The translations under genes and the position numbers were made by a program. Below the pieces are notes generated by a model. It saw nothing but the letters and a program-made list of their open reading frames with translations. It was not told where the DNA came from and did not search any database. From Plasmodiophora brassicae (lineage: Eukaryota), in contig CP145413.1 in NCBI GenBank assembly GCA_036867785.1, positions 1 through 64,000 on the forward strand: 64,000 nucleotides of DNA, given 5' to 3'. This document shows, piece after piece, positions 50,555 to 61,018 of the stretch; position 1 is the first letter of the stretch; the number at the start of each line of letters is the position of its first letter.

Positions 50555-53500
50555 TTACTGCTGGCCAGGTGCAGGGTAGGCCACGCCGGTGTCGCTGAAG
50601 ATTGCGGGCGTGTCGTGAATGAGACGAGCGACGGCCTGGATTGTACTGCCGACCGCAGATCGCAGGAGCACGGGCGACCACGAGATCGCCAGGTTCGTGA
50701 CGGCCATCTGCATGGACACGGAATCCCTCGTGGCTGAACGCGCCGTCTCCGACAGGAACAGCAGCAGGAGCTTCAGCGTGTTCCTGTTCGCCTCCGGCAG
50801 CTTGGCCAGCCAGACCTGCGCCTTCTCGCAACGTCGACTCGCCGATGCGTTCTTATAGATCGACATGAACTCGCTGGCCATCGTCGACGGGATCAGTGAC
50901 GGGTTCAGCTACGCGCACACGAGGTTAGCTTCCGATAGGGCGGACGCGTCAGGCCAACGGCAGACCTGCGATACGTAGAGCTTGAGGACGGCGGCGACGC
51001 ACTCGACAGTCTGCGTCACCAGCGGAAGGTCCTGGTCGCGCTGGAACGCGCGTACCAGCGCATGGACCTCCTCGGGCGGGGCGCTGTCCCTGAACAGCAG
51101 CTCGGGCGATTGCATGCCTTGGACGGACAGGAACGCGATGCACGCGCTAACGACCTTGGCGACACCGTTGCGCTTCGGGGCGCATTCCAGGCTGCCGCCG
51201 AACGTCGAGTCGTTGCCGGTGGTGCCCGCCGAATGGGTGCTGCCCTCCCTGGCACCGTGCTCGTCGTCGTCGTCGGTGCTCTCGTAGCTGATGGTCAGCG
51301 TCCGCGGTCGGCACAGGCGCGCGTCCTCAGCCGGGTCGCAGGACCAGTCGACGGTCAGCAGGAACGGTGGTGGGGCCACGCCGCTGGAGTTCGCCTTGAT
51401 GAATGCGACGAGGTCGGACGCCCCATTCCAGGTCGCCGACAGGTTCAGCAGCGCCTGGGCCAGCTCGGCGATTTCGCCGCCCTTCGCGTGCGAGTCGTCC
51501 ATCAGGACGGGCACGCACCATTGCAACGACGACACACGGTTGGCCTCAATGTCTTGCAGGCCGCGCTGCACAGGCATCGACGTCAGGGTGGGCCCCCACA
51601 GGCACGCGTCGGGTCGGGACGCCATACCAGAGCGCTCTGGACCGTGGATTCACGGTCGCTGATCGCCTGCGCCAGCTCCTGCATGGACCGCTCCAGGTTC
51701 GATTTCGACGTGTGGACGTCGTGCTCGGTCCTGATCAGCGTCTTGGAGGGATCGCGGGAGAACAGGCGGGCGATTCTGGACGACATGGTCTGGTTGGCCG
51801 ATGCGTCCGCTGGCGGGGCGCCGCTGGCGCTGCCCGCCTGCTGCGCCTTGACGATCTGCAAGCGTTCGGTGGACCTGCGCTGGGCGTCGACGGCGGCGGC
51901 GTGCGCTTGGGTCGCCTGGGTGACGCGGCGGTGCCCGTTCTGGAACCGCTTGCGAATGTCTCGGGCCTGCGCCTTCAGTGCATGGCGCTGCTTGCTGACG
52001 GATGCCATGATCTCGCGGTGCCGGAAACAGTGATCCTCGATGGACTGGCACACGCCTTGTACGCTGGGGCGGACGGTCAGTGCCGGGCCAGGCGTGGGGG
52101 GCAGCAAGTGATCATCCGGACAACACACTTACAGGTGCTGGCACTGGACGAGGGCATCGTGGACCGCCGGCAGCTCCTGGTTGTGGATCGACAGTTTGAA
52201 CCTGGCCAGCGACCGGGTCTGCTCATGGGTCTCGGCGGACGCATCCAGAAGGAGCAGCATGGACTTCATCTGCGCCAGGCCCGACATCGCGTGCGCGAAC
52301 GCAGGATCGAACCCGTCGGCCGACAGCTCGGTCACGTAGTCGCAGGGGGCCGATGGCGACACCGCCCGCGTGCCACCCGGGTACGTCGCCGACACGAACT
52401 GCTGGAGGTCCCGGTCGAGGTCGATGGCCGCGAACGCGGCGATCGTGTCGAGGTCGGCCTGCTCGATCGTGTTGACCAGGTCGCGAATGCCTTGGCCGAG
52501 GTCCCGGATGGCGCTCGCGATCACAAACAGGCGCCCTTGTTCAATGCGCTGCAACTGCTGCAGGAACTGGCACTGCATGATGGCGTACGTCTCTCTCATT
52601 GTCTACAATGGGGGTGGGGCGGGGCCCACGTACCGTTAAACAAACGTGCGGTCCCTTGGTGCTGGCCGAACCAACCCTACCTGCAGGGAATGCAGGGCGT
52701 TGCGCTGAACGAGGTCTGCATGGCGGAAGGCGCGCTCCTCGCGCTCCAGCTGCGCCAGCAGAACCTCCAGCTGCGCCTGCGACTGGCACGTTGTCCCACC
52801 CGGCCCGTACGACGATGCGCCGTCCTGCACCAGGCTCATCGTGGCCGACAGGTCCTTCTCCAGGCGGTCCCGTGTCTCCTTGCATTTCGCCTCATGCTGC
52901 CGGGGCGGATGCGGTCAGAGCGCGAGCACTGGCCGATATCGCAACGGCCCTTACCGCAGTGGCAATCTGGAGCTCCTTCGTGGCGCGCGCCCGCCCTTCC
53001 GCAACGGATCGGCAGACGCGCTTGATGTTTCCCTGGCGTGTCTGCGTTCAGTGCCACCGAAACTCTGACCGGCCACGCCCGCCGGACCGACCTTGTGCTC
53101 GCGAACGGCGACCCCGGCCTGTCGAAGCAAGTTGGCGCACGTCATGTAGCAGGTGGCCTTTGTCTGGGTGGACCGCAGCAGGACCTGCTCCGCGTGGGTC
53201 TGCGTGTCGCCGACGTAGGCAGCGCCCTCGTCGCCGCCCGCCTGCACGTCACGAGCCGCCCTAGACAAGGTTTCCGACTGCGCGTAGAGCGCCGATGACC
53301 AGCTCTTCAGCAGGTTCTGGAGGTTCGACACGGATCCCTTCGTGGCGACGGCCTGCACGCAACGTCGACGTCAGATGGGCACCGAGGAACGAACGTGCAC
53401 AGCCGCCCATTACATGCTCAAGCGCGATGTCGAAGCCACTGCCGGCCCACAGGTCGACCGCATACGATCTAGGGCGGGCGGCGTCGAAGAAGATCGCATC

Positions 53501-55254
53501 TGTCGAGGCATTCGACGCCGACCCGGGTGATGGGACGATGGCCAGCGACAGATGGTTCGACCACGATCGGCCGAGGAGGTCGTCCGCGACGGCATCGTCG
53601 TCACCGACGCAACCGGCCGCGCCCGTCAGCTCGACCAGGTTCTTGAGGTCCTTCTCGACGTCGATCTGGCTGACCACCTCCGTGAGCGTCTGATGGTCGT
53701 CGGCCTACCAAACACGGGTCTCTGTTAACGTCCGCACATCGACGATGCCGTTGGATGGGTGGCTGGGGGCACCTCAGTCTCCAGCTGGCGCTGACGAGAC
53801 GCGACCAGCGTCGTCAGCGACTTCTTGACGATCTTTAGGCGCTGGGCGTTCAGCGTGGCGATGCGCCCGATGATGACCGGCAGGCGGGTGAGGTACTCGT
53901 TGAACACGCGCTTGAACGTGACCTCGGCCTCGATCCGGGCCGTCGACACGCCTTCCTCGCCGCCGACGCTGGCCGCGTCCGACGGTTTCCGCAGGCGACG
54001 GATCGTGGCCGACAGCATGGATCCCTCGGCGTGCGTCGACACGTCCTGCTGGCTGGCGGCATCCTCCCCGTCCGCCGGCCTGGGCATGCACCTGTCGATC
54101 TCCGTCATCGCCTTGATGCACTCGGTCTCCAGGAACACGGCCTCCTCGAACAGCGACCGGATCTCGGTCTCGATCGCGGGGATCGCGATCGCGGCGGGCA
54201 GCATGGCGTCCAGGCGCAGGCGCTGCAGAGCCTCCATGTCCCGCTCGGCGCGGCCCATCAGCTGACCGCGGATCAGCAGCCTACAAGGGCGGCGGGGAGC
54301 GCAGACCGGTCAGCGTCTCCCGGGCGCCGGCCACAAACACGGACGCGACGTTTACCATGGGACGTCGATCGTCAGGCCCGACTTGGAGAAGGCGCGCTGG
54401 TTGATGTCCTCGGCCAGGGCGCGGTGCGCGAACACGGACGCCTCCTGGGCGCCGTGTGCCGCGCGTATGAAGGCGCACAGGTCCTTGCAGCTGACGTCGA
54501 GCTTGGCGGATTCGAGGCGGATCCGGGCGATGCGCGCCGACAGCTGCGGCTGGATCTCGTTCCTGAACTTGCGCACCGTCTCGCTGACCGCGTCGCCGGA
54601 CGCCATCGCGGCCGGCCCGCGAATCGGCGCCGCCGGGTGCGCCTTGCCGTCGTCGAACAGCGGGTGCGCCACCGTGTACGCGATCGGGGCGCTCTTCTCC
54701 GGCGAGTGCTCGCCTTCGCTGCGGTCCGTCTCGCTGGAGGGCGCCACCACGGCGGCGCCCTTGTACAGGGCGCGTTTCGCAACGGGCGACTGGACCTTGC
54801 CGGGCGACGGGAACGCCGGGTGCTTCGACTTCATGAACGAGGCGACCACCGAGGACCTGCTGCCGTTGCCGGCCGCCTTGCTGCTGCCCTCCTGGGCGTT
54901 GCTGGGCGTCGGCGGCGCGCTGTTCTCGTCGTTCGTGTCGCGCTCGGCTTCCATCTCGATCAGGCTGGTGCGCGCCGCCTTGATCAGGTGCGTGTCCAGG
55001 TGCAGGTCCTCGGCCGCCTTCAGCGCCGCGCGAAGCGACCGCGGGTCGTGCGCCAGCACCGCCATTCGAATGTCGCGCGCCAACTTCATCCTGAATCCCA
55101 TGGGCGCGCGTTAACATACACACACGCTGTGCTGACCCTGGACCGGACCGCCGACTTACGATGCGACGTTCAGGCGGCGCGTCTTCGGGCTGACGACGGC
55201 GGGCGTGTTGGGCTCACCCTGGCGATGGGTGATGTCGGCGAACGGCTGCGTCAT
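50555..55254 (-). CDS. Large multi-exon protein with extended coiled-coil (F-BAR-like) regions and C-terminal RhoGAP domain
   Basis: FGGSLE...KVVSACIAFL...ELLFR (Arg finger)...VAAVLKLY...KLPEANRNTLKLLLLFL...MAVTNLAISWSPVLLR. That it is one gene, and its start, are inferred. Confidence 0.75.
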
Positions 55255-56652
55255 GGTGGCGCCGAATGCCAGACAATGGGCGGGCGATGCAATGGCGCGT
55301 GCTGTGTGTCGCGCACCGCCGCCACTGGGGCACGCGGGTACCGGTGTCACACACGCGACGCGCACGCTGCGGTCGTTCCCAGTCACAGGAATTGCAGCTC
55401 GACGGACGGAGCGCTGCAGGCAGACAGCAGCAGCAGCAGCAGCAGCACCAGTGCCGTCTCGCGGGCCGACCGGGGGCAGTCAACGATGGGCGACGACGAC
55501 GATAAAATATGGCAACGGGGGCTGGCCAATGACAATTATTTGTGGCGATGATGGCGAGGGCGCCGCCGCCCGGACCTAGCGTGGCCCAGTCCCAGTGCGG
55601 TAACGGAAACGATTCGGGTCGGCGACGTCGCCCCCCACGAAACCGGCACGTAGCGTTAACGGGCGGTTGTTGTGGGCCGTGGCGGGCGGGCGACTCGGCC
55701 GCGTTCCCGCGTCTGTGGACGTGGTGGGGCCACCGGTGCACGAACCTCCAGACATATCGTCGACCACTTCCCAGCTGTGCGGTGCCGTGCAACTCCCCAA
55801 GGAGTCGTTTCGCCTAAGTAGTTGATGACAGGTTCATTTGGCTGCGCAGCCCACGTCTGCAGCATGCACTCCTGACCAGCACGCAAAGAACGCCCGTCGC
55901 CAGGTGCATCTACCTGTCGACCTGCCCTCGACGCCAACGGCTACATGCCTGGCTCCGGCGACGTCGGCGCCGCCGTCTCACGTCCTGGGCGTCAGAGCTC
56001 TGCGACCTTGACATCGCATGCACCCGACCGTGACCACGCGGCGACCTGTCAGACGTTTTCGTTCTCCTGCACGGACGTGGGCCCCGTCTCTGCAACATGT
56101 ACTCGTCCAGCACGGGAGAGAACAAGCAGTACAACGTGGCGTTGTGCACGCAATGGCAGACGACACGTGCACCTGCCTGTTGAACTGCCTGGATCCGCCC
56201 GTGACGTGCCGTCAACGGCACCGTTGCCGACGCGAGCAGCAGCGCCACTGCCTGGGCCCTTGTGCGAAGGCATGTACGGACACGCCTCCGTTGCTGGGCG
56301 TTCACGAGAGCAGCCGTCACGCTGACATCGGCACGCTGCGCAACTCAATTGGACAGTATCGTTGGACAGCGTGTGAGGGCCACGTCGGATAGTTGCTCAT
56401 TGTTCTCCACTTCGACGGCCGAACCATCTCGTTCATCACGCATCCATGCCGGCACGTTCTCGGTCATCACTGCACTTGCGTTGGCGTTGGCCGGGGCACA
56501 ATGAACCTGGACGCAACCCTTGATCTACATAAATACATACGCGTACGCGTACATGGTCCCCCCGGTCAGCCATCACTCATCGGCGGTCCGTCGCGAAGCG
56601 TTGTGCACCGCGGCGTGGCAGAGCGCCGTGTCATCTGTAGGTGGGGAGTACG

Positions 56653-58746
56653 TTACCAGTAGTCCCGGCACGAGCAGTATCCCTGAACGAAGCAATGTAG
56701 CCGCTGGGTGTCGCGCACGTAGACGTCGCGGATCAGGGACAGGGATTTGGCGGCCTCGTGGCAGTCCTGGCACAGTCGGCCATGCCTGCGCAGGCGAATG
56801 GGATCCTTGGGTCCCAGCACCCGGAGCGCGTACGCGAGCGCAACCTTGGTGCTGTGGTGAGTGACGACGCGGGCCGCCTCGTCGTTCGGCAGGTCGAGTT
56901 CCGTGGTCGCCGACAGATCAGGACAATATCCATGCCTGGCGAGATCGTCCATCATGCGGGCATGCGCGTTCCTCAGATCAGCGTCCGTCGCGTACTGCAC
57001 GTCGCCGAACTGGATGCCCACAGACTGCTTCGGAAGCAAGACCGACGTCTTGTCCACCGGCTCGGGGATGCCCTTGTCCCGCATTTCCTGGCGTATCCTG
57101 CACAGGTCGGGCACACGGCCGGCCCTCGAATAGAGGAACGCCATCACGGTGTACGCTTGCGACACGTTCGCCAACGGCGCGTCGATAGCCAGCGCCGCGA
57201 TGCGGTCGAATACGCGCTCGGCCCGATCGACGTCCCCATGCCTACGACACGCGTGGAGGACGGACATGCACAGGTCCAAGTCGGTCCTGGCATCCGCCAG
57301 CCGTTCGGCATCGTTCAGGGCCCCCGTTCGTCCATGCAGATCCACGATACACTGCAGGTGCCTCGTGTCCAGCTGGATGTTCGGCCACGTACTGGAGAAC
57401 TCGGACAGGATCGCCGTCGCGGATGCGACGTGGCCAGCATTGCTGCACGCCGTCAGCAGGCCGTGCAACGTCACCTGGTCCGGGTCCCGGCCCTCGTACT
57501 TCATGTCCCTGAAGACCTGCAGGGCCTGGTCGAGCAGCCCATGGTGGCCATAGGCGGTGATCATGGCCGAGAAGACGGCGGCGCCCGGCGTGCCCGACTT
57601 GTTCGCAATCCGGAACAGCCGTTCGGCGAGGCCCAGGTGGCCCAGCTGACCGTAGACCGTGATCAGCGCGACGACGACCTCCTCGTTGTCGGCCAGTGCG
57701 ACCTCGCGTGCATGCTGATGGATGCCATAGACGGAGCAGAGGCGGCCCGCCCTGCCACACGTCTCAATGACGAGGGCGACGAGGGCCGGATCGCGGCGCA
57801 TGTTCCTGTGCACCATGATGTGGAACACGTCGTAGGCCAGCTCGGCATGCCGCTCGTCGCTGGATAGCGCCTTGATCACCATGCCGTAGATCGTTGGCGA
57901 CGCGTAGACGCCGGCGAACTCCATCGCCGGCAGCACGTTCACGGCCGACTCGACACGGCCCTGTGCCAGCATCGCGTTCAACAGGTTGACGAACATGCCG
58001 CGGTTGCGGTACGCCGGCATGTGCCTCGACATCATGAGCGCAACGATCTGTTCGGCAACGGACGCGCCTGCCGGCGAGCGCGCCTCGGCACAGCACAGGG
58101 CGAACAGCGACAGCGACTTCTCGCTGAGCGCGACACGCTGGTTGACGGCTTCCAGGACGAGGCCCAGAGCGGCGTCCTGTCGCCCGGCCGACCGGCACAG
58201 CTCGGCCATCTTGTGCAGGGCGTAGTCGGACCCGGCGCCGAACTTGTCGTAGAAGGCGAACGCCTCGCGTAGCATCGGCGGGCGCGCGCTCTGACATGCG
58301 CCCAGGAACGTGCCGAGCAGGGCGTCACAGATGCGGACGCGGCGGGACGCAGCCGCCATCAGGATGACCGGCGCTTTCGTCGGCAGGCACCGCAGGCAGA
58401 ACGTCATCATCGACTGGTAGAAGCGGACGTCCGGGCGAGCGCCGGAGTCGTGCACGCGCCGGAAGACGGCCCAGGCGCGAACCGGGTCGCGCTCGGCCGA
58501 CAGACAGTTAATGGCCCGCCTGACGGAGACGTCCGACGATGTCATGAACTCCTGGAACCTGTGCACCTGCGTCGTCACGGCTGTCGCATTGCCGTCGGCG
58601 GCCAGCGACGCCAACGCTGCATGCCGTCGCGAGCGCAGGCGAACGACGCCGCCCCGGACGACAGCGATCGACATGCATGCGCGGCAGACCCCGCGCAGCA
58701 CCCTGCCATAAACATAGACGCGGGAAACCGCCGTCGACCTGATCAT
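56653..58746 (-). CDS. PPR protein with C-terminal DYW domain (HxE changed to HST), intronless
   Basis: PPR motifs (VFSAMITAYGHHGLLDQALQVFRDMKYEGRDPDQVTLHGLLTACSNAG; CIVDLHGRTGALNDA), GYCPD, HHSTKVALAY, LCQDCH, CSCRDYW*. Confidence 0.95.
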   Translation of the reverse strand: MIRSTAVSRVYVYGRVLRGVCRACMSIAVVRGGVVRLRSRRHAALASLAADGNATAVTTQVHRFQEFMTSSDVSVRRAINCLSAERDPVRAWAVFRRVHDSGARPDVRFYQSMMTFCLRCLPTKAPVILMAAASRRVRICDALLGTFLGACQSARPPMLREAFAFYDKFGAGSDYALHKMAELCRSAGRQDAALGLVLEAVNQRVALSEKSLSLFALCCAEARSPAGASVAEQIVALMMSRHMPAYRNRGMFVNLLNAMLAQGRVESAVNVLPAMEFAGVYASPTIYGMVIKALSSDERHAELAYDVFHIMVHRNMRRDPALVALVIETCGRAGRLCSVYGIHQHAREVALADNEEVVVALITVYGQLGHLGLAERLFRIANKSGTPGAAVFSAMITAYGHHGLLDQALQVFRDMKYEGRDPDQVTLHGLLTACSNAGHVASATAILSEFSSTWPNIQLDTRHLQCIVDLHGRTGALNDAERLADARTDLDLCMSVLHACRRHGDVDRAERVFDRIAALAIDAPLANVSQAYTVMAFLYSRAGRVPDLCRIRQEMRDKGIPEPVDKTSVLLPKQSVGIQFGDVQYATDADLRNAHARMMDDLARHGYCPDLSATTELDLPNDEAARVVTHHSTKVALAYALRVLGPKDPIRLRRHGRLCQDCHEAAKSLSLIRDVYVRDTQRLHCFVQGYCSCRDYW

Positions 58747-58986
58747 GGCGCGTTTGGTCAGGCTCAGCGCGTTCGTCGACTGCGCCTATGGTACGTAGGT
58801 AGGTACCGATGGTGCGCAACCGGCGTCGGGACAGTGGGACAGTCGCACGCGAAGTTCGCGCATCGCCGGGACGGCGGCGCCCCCCTCCCCTGCCGCGCGG
58901 TTTGTGCGCATTTTGGGGGGGCTGCCAGTGCCGGACATTGTCACGTTGGGCAGAGCTGCTGTCGAGAGTTCGTCGTGCGGCGCAAC

Positions 58987-60747
58987 ATGACGACGACCAG
59001 GCCGATCGATATGGTCGTGTTCGGGGCGACCGGGTTCACAGGGCGGCACGTCGTCGCGTACGTGAAGTCGCTGAACGACGCGTCGCTGACCGTCGGCATT
59101 GCTGGGCGCTCCCTGGCCGCCCTGCAAGGTGCGGGGCGCGCGCAGCCGCCGCGCCCAGCCCGCGTTGCTGACCGGCCTTGTTGCTGTAGGTGTTGCGAAG
59201 CAGGTCGGTATCGACTGGCCTGTTCTCGTTGCAGATGTCAACGATCACAAGGCGCTGGTGGCAATGGCACGGCAGGCCACAGTTGTCGTCAACTGTGTGG
59301 GCCCGGTATCGTCCCGCGTGACGCCACCTCCCGGCGCCCCGCTCTGATTCCTCGACTGCGGTCAGTTCCGGTTCTCTGGGCGTCAAGTGGTCGCCGCGTG
59401 TATCGAGGCGGGCACACACTACGTGGACATCAGCGGGGAGCCCGAGTTCCTCGAGTCGGTCCAGCTGGAGTTCGACGAGGAGGCGCAACGACGCCAGGTC
59501 GTCGTGGTCGGATCGTGCGGGTTCGACTCGGTGCCCAGTGACATTGGCGCTCTGTTCGTGCGCCAGGAGCTTGCGAAGCGCGGTGCCACGACCGTCGCTT
59601 CGGTATCCCCATAATCCTCCTCGCGCTTTCCTGCGGGTCGCGTTCTGCTGATACCTCGACCAGATTGAATGCTTCATTGCGTTACGAAGCGGGCCGGCCG
59701 GCTACGTAATCAACTTTGCCACTTACGAGTCGGCCGTGTTCGGGATCGCCAATGCCGGCAACCTTCGCAAGGTTCGCTCGTGCGAGCGCCTCGTGCGGCT
59801 CCACGTTTGCCCATCTGTGTGCCAATTCAGATCCGTCGGGCGTCGTCCGCCAAACCGTCGTACGCCAGGTTGGATATCGTTGGCCCAAAGGTCCCAGTCC
59901 GGTCGCCGTACTATTTCGACGAGCGCGTTGGCCACTGGGCCGTCCCGTCCGTATTGTCGCCCGTCGAGGGCCCGCCTGCATCGCGTTTCTGACGACGACC
60001 GGTGCTAGGTTCGTCGGATCCGATGCGTCTGTTGTGCGTCGAACGGCAGCGTCTGGCGCGTGGGCTGCTAGCGGTATCTGCATTGCAGAGCGGGGGTGCT
60101 CCACGTATCATTGACAGTGGCCCGGTTGGCAGATTCGGCGCCGCCCTGCGCTCAGTTCGTCCCGTACCTGGCGATATCGTCCACGGTCTGGCTGTGCCTG
60201 TACCTGCTGCTCGGTTCCGTTTTCAGCGTCCTCGCCAGGTTCCGCTGGGGGCGGTACCTTCTCCTGAAGGTCCGTTCACAGGGGGCGAACGGGTTGTGCC
60301 CCGGCGAACCCATCTGACGTGTCGGCTGGAAGTTCCCCTCCGTTTTCTCGGCCGGCCTGGTGTCGCGCCAAGGTCCAACGGAGCAGCAGGTCAAGGGCAC
60401 GCGATTCGCCTTGACGTTCTTCGGCAAGGGCTACTCCAAAGACGCCCCGACGGGCAACCCTCCGGACGTTGACGTCAAGGCCGTTTGTGAGGGGCCGGAT
60501 CCCGGGTTCGTGCGATCACCGGCGCGCGCGTTCGCATCGTGTGCACCATCGCCTGACACGGTTGCCCCCGGGCAGGTACCGCGCCACGTCGATCGCCGTC
60601 GTCCAATGCGCTCTGGTGATCTGCCGCGAGAAGGCCACCATGCCGACCCAAGGCGGCGTCCTGACGCCCGGGGCGGCCTTCCTCGGCACGTCCCTGATCG
60701 ACCGCCTCCACCGGAACGGCATCACGTTCACGACCGCCTCGAAATGA
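58987..60747 (+). CDS. Saccharopine dehydrogenase-like oxidoreductase (SCCPDH family), multi-exon
   Basis: VVFGATGFTG, IAGRS, VVVNCVGP, ACIEAGTHYVDISGEP, SCGFDSVPSDIG, GGVLTPGAAF. Confidence 0.92.
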
Positions 60748-61018
60748 CCGGTCAGGGCTCGCGACGCAGGGTCGTACTACTGCTGCCACTGCTACTACTA
60801 CACCTGAGGGGCGTCAGCACACCTTGCTAGATGGACGTTATCGTGGTACATTGGCGTCCCCCGGGCGCGAACCTACCCAGGTGGCTCTCCAGCGCTCGCT
60901 CGGGGGGAGGGGGGCGCTGCCGATCGCCGTGTGGTGGTGGACCTTTCGGTGCGCCGACGAGCGCTCGCCGCCAAGCGCCCATTCGTTCGGTCCGCGTTCG
61001 GCCGCGCCGTCACCCGAT

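Noticed and set aside
51062-55551. Long plus-strand ORFs (323, 540, 506 aa)
   Set aside because: Antisense shadows of the GC-rich RhoGAP gene.
55300-56600. Possible gene or ncRNA between RhoGAP and PPR-DYW
   Set aside because: No convincing motif, coherent exon chain or RNA structure recognised.
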